A DNA stretch of 63,848 nt, counting the filler, from an uncultured bacterium (lineage in GTDB: Bacteria; Auribacterota; CAZIXI01): NCBI GenBank assembly GCA_964543115.1. It is 5 parts of 5 records of this genome, joined end to end, with 100 filler letters (N's around TTAATTAATTAA, not from the genome) between each part and the next. Parts side by side here need not be neighbours in the genome. Positions count along the whole stretch, not along the records: positions 26,038 to 38,906 come from CAZIXI010000075.1; positions 39,007 to 51,811 come from CAZIXI010000076.1; 3 more parts are not named here. One strand, 5' to 3'. The notes beneath the pieces were generated by a model. It worked only from the letters and a program-made list of their open reading frames with translations, made no database searches and had not been told where the DNA came from. Each line of letters opens with the position of its first letter. The stretch's first letter is position 1. The translations under genes were made by a program, and so were the position numbers. Below, one piece after another: positions 30,901 to 39,831 of this stretch.

Positions 30901-33000
30901 AACTTTGGCAGTCTAAGTGTATTTCCCGCTATTCCTCTCATGGGAGTTGGCAGTTTAGAAGATCACAGCAGAGGTTATCTAAGACGGGAAAGTACAGATA
31001 TGCATTCCTTTTTAATTTATCAAGAAAATGTGGAGCAAGCAGAAAATATGGCCTGGTGGTTTTTGCAGACGAAGGAAGGGGCGGAATATATCTATCAACA
31101 GTTTCTTGCTGCGTTTACGTCTATAAATGATAGTCCGGAATTGGAACAATTATTGGCAGAACAGGGTGTGATAAGGCGGACAATTACCGTTGCTGAACTG
31201 ATAAATTTGTTTGACAAGTGGCAATTATCTAGTTGGCGGGAAGGGAAAGTGTTTAAGTTGATTGATTTTATTTTAGCTAATTATGATGATGATCATCCAT
31301 TCTGGCAAGAGACGAAGATAAAAGGATGGCGTAATGCCATCGTCAATTATCATTTAACATTCGTGAATGAAGATCGCCTGAAAATGATAATCAGGTTTAT
31401 ACATGAGGATGGGAAACTGCCTGAATTTTTGCATCATCTGGGTTTGGATTCATTAGTTAAAGAGATAAAAGAGGACAGGATTGAGCTGGAGTTTTCCGGT
31501 AAGTTGGAATTCCTTATTCATGGACTTAAGCTGGTTTATGGGTCAGAAAAGACAATGGAAATACAGAAACTGGTGATTTTAGGGTTGTCTGGACAGAGAA
31601 AAGATGCTTTTCGGCAAGAGATAATCAAAAAATTTGTTGCCCGTGATCCCCTGGCACAGCTGGTAACGGTAGGCGACGGCAGGCGCTTGTCGGAATTGTT
31701 TCATCAACTGCTATATACAGATGAATATCTGCAGCGGCGTGGGCGGCCGGCTAATCAGCAATTAGTGTTCATTACCCGGTGCAATGCCGCTGTAATGTTG
31801 GGGCTACCTGTGCCGATAATTGTTGAGAATAGCGAAAACAGCCAGGTATTTCTTTCTCGCTGTTATCGCATGGATCCAAAGGCGTTTGAAGATGCGTTGC
31901 TGCATCTAGCCCAAGGATTAGCGCAGGCTGGTGTGTTTGCTGCCTTTTACGGAGTAATGGGTGATGCGCCTGCGGCGCGCAATGTGTGTATAGGCAGTGA
32001 CGAAGAAGAGAAGATCACCGTAAGGTTTACTGATTATGGTGACTTTGTTTTACCAGACAGGGGGGCAGCGGAAATTACCGCTGAAGAATATTATGAAGGT
32101 TCATTGATGGACCGGTTCTGGTTGAACGAGAGCCTGGAGGTTCTGGAACGATTGTGCCCGGATATGCGCTTATCATCAAGACTGCGAGCAAAGTATTATC
32201 TGAGCTGGAACGAGTACTATCGGCAGGGCCTGGCGGTGGCCAGGCAATATTGTCAGAAATCATATCGAGATAGCTGCCGGAAGTTAAGGCGTTACCCGCC
32301 GGTTTTTTATGAAATATTCAGAGTGGATATTTTCGTGGAACTAATGCCGGAAGCTGTAGCGGAAAAAGACGGTCCCAACCCGACGGCATTACAAAAATAT
32401 ATCGAAGGTACTATTTTGATGACCTGCGTAAAGGAGCGCCTAAATGTTTCCAGGCGGGAAATGGAATTTCTTGCCGTGAGGCTGGAGAGCATTATTGTTG
32501 AGCGGGAGGCAGGAGATAAATCCTGGGGGGATTTCCCACTGGAACAATTATCAGCTGACGAAAGCGCGAAAAAACTTATTCCGTTACTTGAGTACATATA
32601 TAATACTGCGCGGTTTAAACTCTACGATGATGAGAAAGAATGGCTTGTGGCCTGGCTAGTAAATGGAGATAAGCTGGCAAAAGATGTTATTCAGTTGTAT
32701 ATACGCAACCGGCTGGCCGGAGAATTGCTCAGGAATGGTATTGATCCCGATGATGGCCGCCGCGCGAAGAAGCTTAGCCCTATTACCGATAAGTTTCTAG
32801 AGGTCATAACTGAAAACAGGGGAGTCTATGATTTATCACTGCTTCAGGCCAAAGGCGTGGACCTTTCCGGTGATTGGCAGCCACTCATCGAACAGCTTAA
32901 TATTTTATCTAAAGAATTTAAAACAACCCTGCAGGCGATCTACACCCACCTCCTGAAACCAACCAGGATAGAAAGAGACCTTGTCGCAGAAAGCGTATAA
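27931..33000 (+). CDS. Giant ~1689-aa exported protein with helical-repeat N-terminal half and a protein kinase-like region (giant protein C)
   Basis: Signal peptide then LAPPS. Leu-rich helical region. GGGGNG...KVAVKTK at 30628-30705, GVMGDAPAARNVCI...VRFTDYG at 31951-32040. Ends ...VAESV. Confidence 0.75.
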   Translation: MRNTSLRAWYWCVILCCICQLALPLAAQSVKFHSSSSERSLEGFCLAPPSDFGKSLPSEKQSIFRLIDSVLHELCLGKGEDRLTAAQAAVNLVKAGLLNAEEIKSRVPRIFEKQEKHSPADKVQTVKIAKLFIEEEILTTKEIRGKIELSPLLSCLRVPHRIYYTYDLLMFVLAYGLATPKQLSAAGIKEECEMLLKGVKKAKITLGIIGSVYGALVVYGYLTEREEINRASSHLLDGLANPSDLLAAYCQRLWKMLAENYPHLRNHATIEFVRENVKSAFTDKAIKQPAQLRRFVDLSLLPGEEGKKLIQQSDWFKNLSDPGVPLTMEALKTALILVKDHLLPAESVRMQLREKSVLNMFLPYLSDTANCSKEERKEASDLLIGLQGENLLKTEEGEEGDLKFLLFAALEDKYEHAFVLRVILRESLIDQSELVEGDFLTSLAAGFAGEGGSDEESRLRVAQNSFKVIKQLFDEKKIDPSVQDEFCERLFQLALVGLSMRGELAWMRGSLGGECGTLIGCLIDCEYLSKERVLQSGVIQLLLSQEDLAASTEVLRQYCEKGYFQPDDFIDPAAQRTFRALYQEELDYEFAHFWSALSLRLADNPRALQQAHAYLILPFHDLWRDYANYSAQLGNKYFDRLAQLIVSVGQEGKEAWSVLNVIQELSQELLNLKRENLLCIARGEKPEQVEELLGFNEEYLQRIWRVLSVADEITGELPGLRDLLAQLLFGQLAEGKWYYKDLDDLPTISLFMAFLTVENGELVIKEKYLAKLRPICPEIINRKTVKTFFTWYMSIPETLLSVLTAEEAADLIIANLDQLFDKAENTEPVMERILVEYQPYDSNLRAKKYLRDNDKRVAALITNSRLRAYLRRYRFVIKTNHLLGPATNSFIHWGYAAETGGGGNGRDRTRSLQVFLPNKVAVKTKCFGRERTGDTQLPFSVAAYEPGMLPSHAIAFGMPESMAVQEMQNMLLLQQIWQQVSPQTDFMPVANFGSLSVFPAIPLMGVGSLEDHSRGYLRRESTDMHSFLIYQENVEQAENMAWWFLQTKEGAEYIYQQFLAAFTSINDSPELEQLLAEQGVIRRTITVAELINLFDKWQLSSWREGKVFKLIDFILANYDDDHPFWQETKIKGWRNAIVNYHLTFVNEDRLKMIIRFIHEDGKLPEFLHHLGLDSLVKEIKEDRIELEFSGKLEFLIHGLKLVYGSEKTMEIQKLVILGLSGQRKDAFRQEIIKKFVARDPLAQLVTVGDGRRLSELFHQLLYTDEYLQRRGRPANQQLVFITRCNAAVMLGLPVPIIVENSENSQVFLSRCYRMDPKAFEDALLHLAQGLAQAGVFAAFYGVMGDAPAARNVCIGSDEEEKITVRFTDYGDFVLPDRGAAEITAEEYYEGSLMDRFWLNESLEVLERLCPDMRLSSRLRAKYYLSWNEYYRQGLAVARQYCQKSYRDSCRKLRRYPPVFYEIFRVDIFVELMPEAVAEKDGPNPTALQKYIEGTILMTCVKERLNVSRREMEFLAVRLESIIVEREAGDKSWGDFPLEQLSADESAKKLIPLLEYIYNTARFKLYDDEKEWLVAWLVNGDKLAKDVIQLYIRNRLAGELLRNGIDPDDGRRAKKLSPITDKFLEVITENRGVYDLSLLQAKGVDLSGDWQPLIEQLNILSKEFKTTLQAIYTHLLKPTRIERDLVAESV

Positions 33001-33044
33001 CTCCCTTGATATATCAAACAACTCATAATTAGCCTGATTAGCCA

Positions 33045-36000
33045 TTAAACGGCTTGGTCGGTTTCTAGCGCGGGTTGTAACTGCGGAAGTTTGCCGGTTA
33101 GTTCAGTAAAATTATGTTCTTGGGTCAGGGTATCGATGACGCGCAGGAGGATGGTGTAATTCTGCATGATTCGCCGGTAAAACTCATTTTTAAAATCTGC
33201 CGGGGTGGCAAAGCCCAGATTCTCTATTATCTGGTGAAAATATGTTTTTGCCGTGTCCAGGTTACCGCCGGCACTCATTCCCGCTTCTTCTTTATAGCGC
33301 AGCAGAAATTCCAGGTTACTGGCCAGTGTTTCACTCTCTTCTTCAGTGATGAATTCCGCATCAGCTAATTCCGTAAAAACTTCATTTATGTTTCCGGTTG
33401 GGAGCCTTCTCTTGCTACAAGAATATAGGGTCCAGATGAATAATATGTCCATTATCCCGCCCGGCCCTTCAATAACGTCAAAGCTTCTTTCCTCTTCCAG
33501 AAGCTGGACGTCTTCAGTGAACACTTCCGAACGCTGCAGCAGTTGCGCTTTGAGATGCGCCTTGCGCAGTGAACGCTGTAGGCCCTTGCGGAAATCCCGG
33601 TAAAGTTTTTCATCTCCGGCCAGGAATTGGTTGAACCAGAAGCCGTGTTTTTTCCCGGCGCGCAATTCGGCCCTTAGTGTATTAACGGTTTGCACTCCGC
33701 AGTTATCTATATCCAGTCCGATTTTGTTCAGGATGCCGCAGATCCGGGCCAGGATTTTTCTTTGTACTTTGTTTTCTTCCGCTGACGTTTTATTGCCGGC
33801 TGCAATCATCAGCGGGACAGTGCCCTTGAAGATCGCGGAGCCGGCACCCTGAATGCCTCCGGCAATAAGCGCGTAAGTGCCGGGATCGTTACCCTTTTTC
33901 TCTTCATCTTCAACAACAAAGGCGAATACCGTACGGATAAAATGTGCGCGCATTTCGTTATGTTCCTGCCTTAAGGCGCCGGTCTTATCCAGCATGTCCA
34001 CGAAGCGCATGCCTATTCTGAAAAGTTGGGCCTGCAGGTAATCTTTCATTTTGCCGAACCAGACGCCGAACAGTTCCCGTTTCTTGTATTTTGCCGAGCG
34101 CTCCGCGCTGCGGCGGACATTGGCCAGGTCCGGGCCGTATTCCGCCGGGTCTTTGGGCGTGAAATAGGTGCCCATATCCATGGGGATTCGGCCTCTCCTT
34201 TCATATAATTCAATCAGGAACTGGCGCCGCAGGGATTTGACAATATCTCTTGAGTACTGCTTCTTTTTCTTGCCCACCAGATCAACGGTTTCTCCGTGGG
34301 TGTCACTCACCCCTAGTTCAAATCGCCTGAACAGATCCTTCAATTCGAAGATCCTCGACAGTGAGCCTTCGGCCAGAGCGATTCCGCGCGACCAGATCAG
34401 GCGGGAGACATCCACCGGCGCGCGTTCCAGCACGTCACCGAATTTGCTGGAGCTGGCGATGAAGATATCGATATCCGCCCGGCCTTCCAACTGCAGTTCC
34501 TTTTTTGCCTGTTCCACTGACGCTAACAGCAATTTCCTGGTCTGCTGATCCAGCGTGGGCAGGCTTTTGATTGTTCGCCGGAGGAAGTGTAATTCGTTGA
34601 TGTCAACCTCCGCCCGGGTGTTCCAGCGCGCGGTGATTTTCGTAGCCGTATCCCAGAGGGAAGCGGCATCGCGGATCTTTATGCCGTATTGTCGTTCTAG
34701 TTTATGCATATCTTCTTCCTCTACTTGCGTAAAATACCGCCCGGGAATCATGGGGAGGTAAACCTGGCGTACGTAAACATTGCCTAGCTCAATCGCCTTC
34801 CTGGCGATGGGTTCAATTACGTCATCGGATAAACGGGAAAAGGTTATATGGCCGCTGATATGCTGGTGGTCAACTTCTGCCCGGACATTCTTGGCGCCGG
34901 TAATGGAATTGAGGATTTTTTCCTCACCCATAAGTGCGCGGAAAGTTGTTCCTTCAATACCTTCCAGGTGTTTGCGCCCTTCGATCAGGATGGAAACATC
35001 TTTTTGATCCACAACCGCGTCCAGCAGCTGGAATCCTTTCATTCGCCGCCATCTGGTTCTGGTGGGATCACCGCGAAATTGTCCGGAAGAGATAAATACC
35101 GCTCCTCCCTGCCGGCGCAGCAGCCAGGTAAGAATTTCCATGTCCCTGACGGATTTTAGTACTTTGTCTCCACTAACGTCTAGTTCCGCCGGCGGCTGGT
35201 CCAGGGCCGCCTGAATGGTGTTCAGGTCATCAGCGGAAAAACCCAGCCAGCCCTCACTCTTTGCGCGTTCTTGCAGCCATTCGCGGTCTTCGTCAGTGAG
35301 TGTGCCGCTTTGGATCCACTGCCGAATGAATTCTATGGCATCCGAATTTTTCCACTTACATTCATTTTTAAAACGGATAATCATCTCTTCTAAGATACGA
35401 TTTAGAGGCGGTGTGTTTTCAAATTCCCGCCAGGATTTCAAGAAGTCGTTAACGTTGCTAACAAAGAATACGCGGTTGCCATTCATATATATGTGAGGTA
35501 GTTTAATCTGATATAAGGCTAATTCCGCCAGATGCTGTACCTGCTCATTATCGGTGGCCATTGCCGCTTCAAATATCGCGGTAATCTTCTTTTCCGGTGT
35601 GCGTTTGAAAAAACCGGCCAGGTATTCTTTCAGGCCCAGCGGGTTGTCTTGCTCGATATATCTGGCAATTATTATTCTGTCTGCAGGGGTATTTTCAAGA
35701 ACTGCTTGTAGAAAATAAGCTCCAATCATTTCGTTTGGAGTGCCAAATGAAGCGACGAGGACATCAAGCGCATCCGGTACCTGGTAACTTCGTTTAAGTT
35801 GTTTTATTCCTTCAATGCCGCCAAACAGCAGTACCGGTACATCGTCGCTGAGTTTTTTCGTAGCCAGTGCCGCTTCCTCTCCCATTCTGATCATGGTAGT
35901 GTTTAGATAGACTATATTTTTCTGCCCGCGGTTCAGTTTGCGTACGAACGGATGCACCTTGTTTTTCCGGCCTTTCCGGGGCAGGGGCTCGGATCCGGCT

Positions 36001-38906
36001 GAGGAAATAAAATTAGTGCCGTCTAGGATTATCTTGTCCAGTGAGGCAAATTCTGCCAGCATCTCTTCGGTTATCGTATCGGGAAAATCATCGCCCAATT
36101 CACTGATATAGCCTGCGGAATGTACTGTTCTTTCCCCCTCTTTTAGCTTCAGGATATATACACTGGCGCCCACGGTGGGATCCAGGTGGTAGGAAGGATA
36201 GTTTTTAATCTCTAAAGTCATTCTGCCGGGAACCATCGGGATCCCTGTGGTTTTGCCGTAGGGGATGATGTGCAGATCCACATTTTCCAACTGGCGGCGC
36301 TGGAGTTTATTTTTCAGGTCCAGTGTGCGTTCCGTATCCTGATCAACAATAAACGTAATATTGCGGAACCGCGGCGACAGGGCATGGATTAATGGTGTCA
36401 CACCTCCCTCGGGAAACCAGCCCAAGTCAAAAAATACCACCGTATCCTCGCTGAGCCGGAACCAGTAGTTGGACAGGGAATGGGTGATCGGTCCGCCGGT
36501 ACGGTAATCCGCCAGTTGCTCAATGCTTGTTTCAAACAGGTTTTTCATTTGCCGGCGCGCGTAATCAACAAATCCCATCACATGGTCGCCGTGCGGATGG
36601 GAGCCGATAATAATCACGTTGTCCACGCCGTCAAACCTGCCGTCCGCGTCCACGTCCGGGATGTCGGTGTACCAGTTGATTTCTTCTACTGCTTCTACTG
36701 GTTCCGCCGGCTCTGCCGGCGTTGCGGCAGCCAGCCGCTGGCGGTATTCGGCGCATCTGGCGGTTATGTACTCATTAACACTTTGTTCCAGAAAAGCGCT
36801 GTAGCCGAATTTCCTGACAAAAACCTTTAGTACGCGGTTGACGATATCGTCACGCGAGAGCATATAGGCGGCATTATAGTACCAGACAACCGCTTCATCC
36901 AAATCGCCCCGCGCTAATGCCTCATCTCCTCTCTTTAACAGTTCTGTTGGTTCCACTTCATAGATTTTTTCATATTCCATTGGCGCGGTATACCAAAAGC
37001 CGGTAAGTGTACGGAATTTCGGATCGGCAAGAACGGCGTTAAGGTTGCCAACCGTATCATCAATATAGAGGGTAGGGGTATTTCCCCAGAATTCCGGGTG
37101 CCGCTGGCAGTAAAATTCCAGACCCTGCTTTTTCAGTTCTGGTGTTCCGCCCGGAGAGGTGATGATCGTCATTCCGGCCGCATCAATTCCTACACTGCCC
37201 AGCAGGCGCCGTGTGCGTTCCTCATCTTCGGCGCCGCGCGCGGTAAAGAAGATAATCTCCACGCCGCTTTCCTGCAGCCGGCGCAGCACATCGGGGACAA
37301 TGGTTTCAATTGGATGGTAGAGGCCGCTGTCCATGAATTGGTCCTCCAGCAGCTGCCACAGCTTGATGGTTTCTTCCAATCCCTTCTGCTTCATCATTTC
37401 ACCGAACCAGGGTGTGCTGGTTACGAAGCCGAGCGAATCAAGTACCGTGCGGTCAATATCACAAAGCACCCGCTTGATGCCCTGGTCATGGATATGCTGT
37501 TCAATTTCCTGCCAGCCGCCGATCTGCACACGGTCTCTAAGGTCATCCCTGAGCTGTTCAATCTCATCTTCTTGCGGCCTTTCCGTCCGCCCATCGCTCA
37601 TTACCCTCACCAGCGGCATCAACTCACTTTCTGAAAGCGGCACATCCATACCAGCATCGGTTAGGCGTTTAACCCGGCTGTTCAATTCCTCGCTGAAATC
37701 AACCAGCCATTCCCCGGTAATAATCCTGTGTATCTCGTCGCGCATCGTTGTTCGTTCACCATCCGGGATAATTACTTCCAGTTCCCGGTTGATCTGGTCA
37801 ACCAGTCGCTGGGCCTTTTCACGGTAGCTGATTTTTTCTTCCATGATATGGGCGATCAGGCGCTGAATCCGTGGTTGGCGGATAATTCGCAGGAATCGTC
37901 TGGTAATCTTGAGCCTGGTGGTGAAATCCGGCAGCTGGGCCTGGCGGTCAAGGGGCAGGGGGATCCCGGCCAGGGTTTCACCCAGGAACATTATTTCATC
38001 GGTCTGCTGCCAGTTCAGTGTCAGTATTCTGTTTAATGTTTCCTGTTCAGTTTCCGTAAATCCTTCCGCGTAGGCGTTAACCGTTCTTTCCAGATAATCA
38101 GAAACTACCCGCAGCAGTTCTTTCAATGACCGGAAACGGCCGTAACCGTGTTTCCTAATATAGTCAAGAAAATCCTCCAGTGACTCCCGCTCTGCTAGTT
38201 CACGGCGCACCGTTAGAATATCGGCATCTGCGGGTAGTTTTAAACCGTATTTACTGAATATTTTTCGCAGGCCGGTTTCTGTGGATTCTTCCTGAACTTC
38301 CTGTTTAAAATCCTCAAAGCCGTCAGTCAACTCCTGACAGGCTGTCTGTAGATAGATAATAAATAAGGCGTCTTCCAGTATTGGCAGGAATTCTTCATTA
38401 GCTGTAAGGTTTCTTTTATCATGTTCGCTTAGCCTCTGCTGATACATGTGCATCAGATGATGCAATATTCTGACGTAGTTGAGTATCGAACTGTTTTCCG
38501 GAATCTGAATTATTTCTTCATCATCACGCAGCAGCCGCACACCGCTGAGCATCAGTTCTTCATCAGGGAGCGTTTCTACCAGTCCGGGTAGTAGCCGGCC
38601 TTCCGCTATTGGCGTATTTTGTCCATCTGCCTTAACGAACCAGCCGTGGCCATCCGCCCGGTCGCTTCGCACCAAGCGCACGTCCAGCGGAAGTCCTTCA
38701 ACCTGCCTCTGTACCTCTTCGAAGAACGAGCGGGAAACCACCTGTTCCGGCAGTAAGATTATTGATGTGCGGACAAGATGTCCGCCTTCTACCCCTTCCA
38801 GGATCTGCCTTTCCGCCGCCGTGAACGTACTCATTGTCAGCATGTCCCGGGTAGAAGCGGGAATTCCCTGTTCCAGCCAGCGCACCGTGCGGATTAAGCC
38901 TTTCTT
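33045..38906 (-). CDS. Giant >1946-aa multidomain protein: HAD-like phosphatase, MBL/beta-CASP (RNase J-like) and GlnE/GlnD-like domains, 5' truncated (giant protein D)
   Basis: Frame open to the contig end. LCDIDRT / FFTARG / YIDD (HAD). SHPHGDH (36582-36599), LDGTN, HISGH (34848-34862). GPGGIMDILF. Ends ...TDQAV. Confidence 0.78.
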   Translation of the reverse strand, partial: KKGLIRTVRWLEQGIPASTRDMLTMSTFTAAERQILEGVEGGHLVRTSIILLPEQVVSRSFFEEVQRQVEGLPLDVRLVRSDRADGHGWFVKADGQNTPIAEGRLLPGLVETLPDEELMLSGVRLLRDDEEIIQIPENSSILNYVRILHHLMHMYQQRLSEHDKRNLTANEEFLPILEDALFIIYLQTACQELTDGFEDFKQEVQEESTETGLRKIFSKYGLKLPADADILTVRRELAERESLEDFLDYIRKHGYGRFRSLKELLRVVSDYLERTVNAYAEGFTETEQETLNRILTLNWQQTDEIMFLGETLAGIPLPLDRQAQLPDFTTRLKITRRFLRIIRQPRIQRLIAHIMEEKISYREKAQRLVDQINRELEVIIPDGERTTMRDEIHRIITGEWLVDFSEELNSRVKRLTDAGMDVPLSESELMPLVRVMSDGRTERPQEDEIEQLRDDLRDRVQIGGWQEIEQHIHDQGIKRVLCDIDRTVLDSLGFVTSTPWFGEMMKQKGLEETIKLWQLLEDQFMDSGLYHPIETIVPDVLRRLQESGVEIIFFTARGAEDEERTRRLLGSVGIDAAGMTIITSPGGTPELKKQGLEFYCQRHPEFWGNTPTLYIDDTVGNLNAVLADPKFRTLTGFWYTAPMEYEKIYEVEPTELLKRGDEALARGDLDEAVVWYYNAAYMLSRDDIVNRVLKVFVRKFGYSAFLEQSVNEYITARCAEYRQRLAAATPAEPAEPVEAVEEINWYTDIPDVDADGRFDGVDNVIIIGSHPHGDHVMGFVDYARRQMKNLFETSIEQLADYRTGGPITHSLSNYWFRLSEDTVVFFDLGWFPEGGVTPLIHALSPRFRNITFIVDQDTERTLDLKNKLQRRQLENVDLHIIPYGKTTGIPMVPGRMTLEIKNYPSYHLDPTVGASVYILKLKEGERTVHSAGYISELGDDFPDTITEEMLAEFASLDKIILDGTNFISSAGSEPLPRKGRKNKVHPFVRKLNRGQKNIVYLNTTMIRMGEEAALATKKLSDDVPVLLFGGIEGIKQLKRSYQVPDALDVLVASFGTPNEMIGAYFLQAVLENTPADRIIIARYIEQDNPLGLKEYLAGFFKRTPEKKITAIFEAAMATDNEQVQHLAELALYQIKLPHIYMNGNRVFFVSNVNDFLKSWREFENTPPLNRILEEMIIRFKNECKWKNSDAIEFIRQWIQSGTLTDEDREWLQERAKSEGWLGFSADDLNTIQAALDQPPAELDVSGDKVLKSVRDMEILTWLLRRQGGAVFISSGQFRGDPTRTRWRRMKGFQLLDAVVDQKDVSILIEGRKHLEGIEGTTFRALMGEEKILNSITGAKNVRAEVDHQHISGHITFSRLSDDVIEPIARKAIELGNVYVRQVYLPMIPGRYFTQVEEEDMHKLERQYGIKIRDAASLWDTATKITARWNTRAEVDINELHFLRRTIKSLPTLDQQTRKLLLASVEQAKKELQLEGRADIDIFIASSSKFGDVLERAPVDVSRLIWSRGIALAEGSLSRIFELKDLFRRFELGVSDTHGETVDLVGKKKKQYSRDIVKSLRRQFLIELYERRGRIPMDMGTYFTPKDPAEYGPDLANVRRSAERSAKYKKRELFGVWFGKMKDYLQAQLFRIGMRFVDMLDKTGALRQEHNEMRAHFIRTVFAFVVEDEEKKGNDPGTYALIAGGIQGAGSAIFKGTVPLMIAAGNKTSAEENKVQRKILARICGILNKIGLDIDNCGVQTVNTLRAELRAGKKHGFWFNQFLAGDEKLYRDFRKGLQRSLRKAHLKAQLLQRSEVFTEDVQLLEEERSFDVIEGPGGIMDILFIWTLYSCSKRRLPTGNINEVFTELADAEFITEEESETLASNLEFLLRYKEEAGMSAGGNLDTAKTYFHQIIENLGFATPADFKNEFYRRIMQNYTILLRVIDTLTQEHNFTELTGKLPQLQPALETDQAV

Positions 38907-39006
38907 NNNNNNNNNNNNNNNNNNNNNNNNNNNNNNNNNNNNNNNNNNNNTTAATTAATTAANNNNNNNNNNNNNNNNNNNNNNNNNNNNNNNNNNNNNN
39001 NNNNNN
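38907..39006. other. Artificial contig linker
   Basis: 44 N + TTAATTAATTAA + 44 N. Confidence 0.98.
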
Positions 39007-39024
39007 AGCCCGGGGATGAGAGCG

Positions 39025-39108
39025 CTGCGGGATGGAGCAAAGCTCAATCCCGCAGTAGTGGCGTCCCGGAGGGACGAAAACAAAGGCACCACGGGTGTCA
39101 GCCCGTGG
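39025..39108. repeat. Cluster of three GC-rich hairpins (REP/BIME-like) at the contig edge
   Basis: CTGCGGGAT-gGAGCAAAGCTCa-ATCCCGCAG (39025-39055), CGTCCC-GGA-GGGACG (39062-39076), CCACGGG-TGTCAG-CCCGTGG (39089-39108). Confidence 0.65.
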
Positions 39109-39136
39109 GGCTCCATGAAAAACAACTGAATAATGA

Positions 39137-39793
39137 CTATTCCCACGGACGCCAGAGTTCTTTTAACGAACGTGCCGGCTTATTTATTTGTTGTTCCGGC
39201 TGATAGAGGTGCTGCAGCTCAAGGAAGCAATTTTGGCAGAATATTGCCAGTAAGGCGATACCGATAATCGGCAGGATAATAGCCAGCAGGCAGAGAAGTC
39301 CAAAGGCCAGAAGAAAGCGAAAAGTGAAACCAATATGCTTGGTTGTTAAGATGAAACTGTAACGGAGGATAACTAAGAGCTTTTTGTCAATTGTTAACAG
39401 GGGGTAGATATATAAACTCATTAAGCAGCAGATGAATAATAGCCAGAAATTTATTCCGGCTAAAACAATACCCAGCAAGCGCGGGTTGTCAAGATAGAAG
39501 CGAATATTAAAGGCAAAAAAGAAGAAAAAAACGACAAAAATGAGCACAGTTAAAGTGCTTATAATTAAGTACTTAAATGTGGCGTAAAAAAAATCCTTTA
39601 TACCGGCTGTTTTTTCTGTGATCAGTAGACGGGCAATTACGAACAAGCCGGCAGTAGCGGCAGGGATGAGTAGTATGGTTAGGGACGAAAGCAGCCAGAT
39701 AAGGTTTAGGGCAATCAGCAATCCCAGATTGTCATAGGTAGTCCAGAATGTCATTTTCCAGGCGCGGGCAATACTCGGTTGTTTTGAAATCAT
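39137..39793 (-). CDS. YesL/DUF624-like membrane protein associated with sugar ABC transporter
   Basis: About five TM helices, NLIWLL.SL.I...PAATAGLF pattern, downstream of the permeases. Confidence 0.6.
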   Translation of the reverse strand: MISKQPSIARAWKMTFWTTYDNLGLLIALNLIWLLSSLTILLIPAATAGLFVIARLLITEKTAGIKDFFYATFKYLIISTLTVLIFVVFFFFFAFNIRFYLDNPRLLGIVLAGINFWLLFICCLMSLYIYPLLTIDKKLLVILRYSFILTTKHIGFTFRFLLAFGLLCLLAIILPIIGIALLAIFCQNCFLELQHLYQPEQQINKPARSLKELWRPWE

Positions 39794-39831
39794 TATAAGA
39801 AACCCTCTTAATGTTTATTAAACTTGGTGTT

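Noticed and set aside
33006..33017. TTGATATATCAA palindrome between convergent giant genes C and D
   Set aside because: AT-rich 12-mer with no loop or U tract and no second copy seen. Could be chance.
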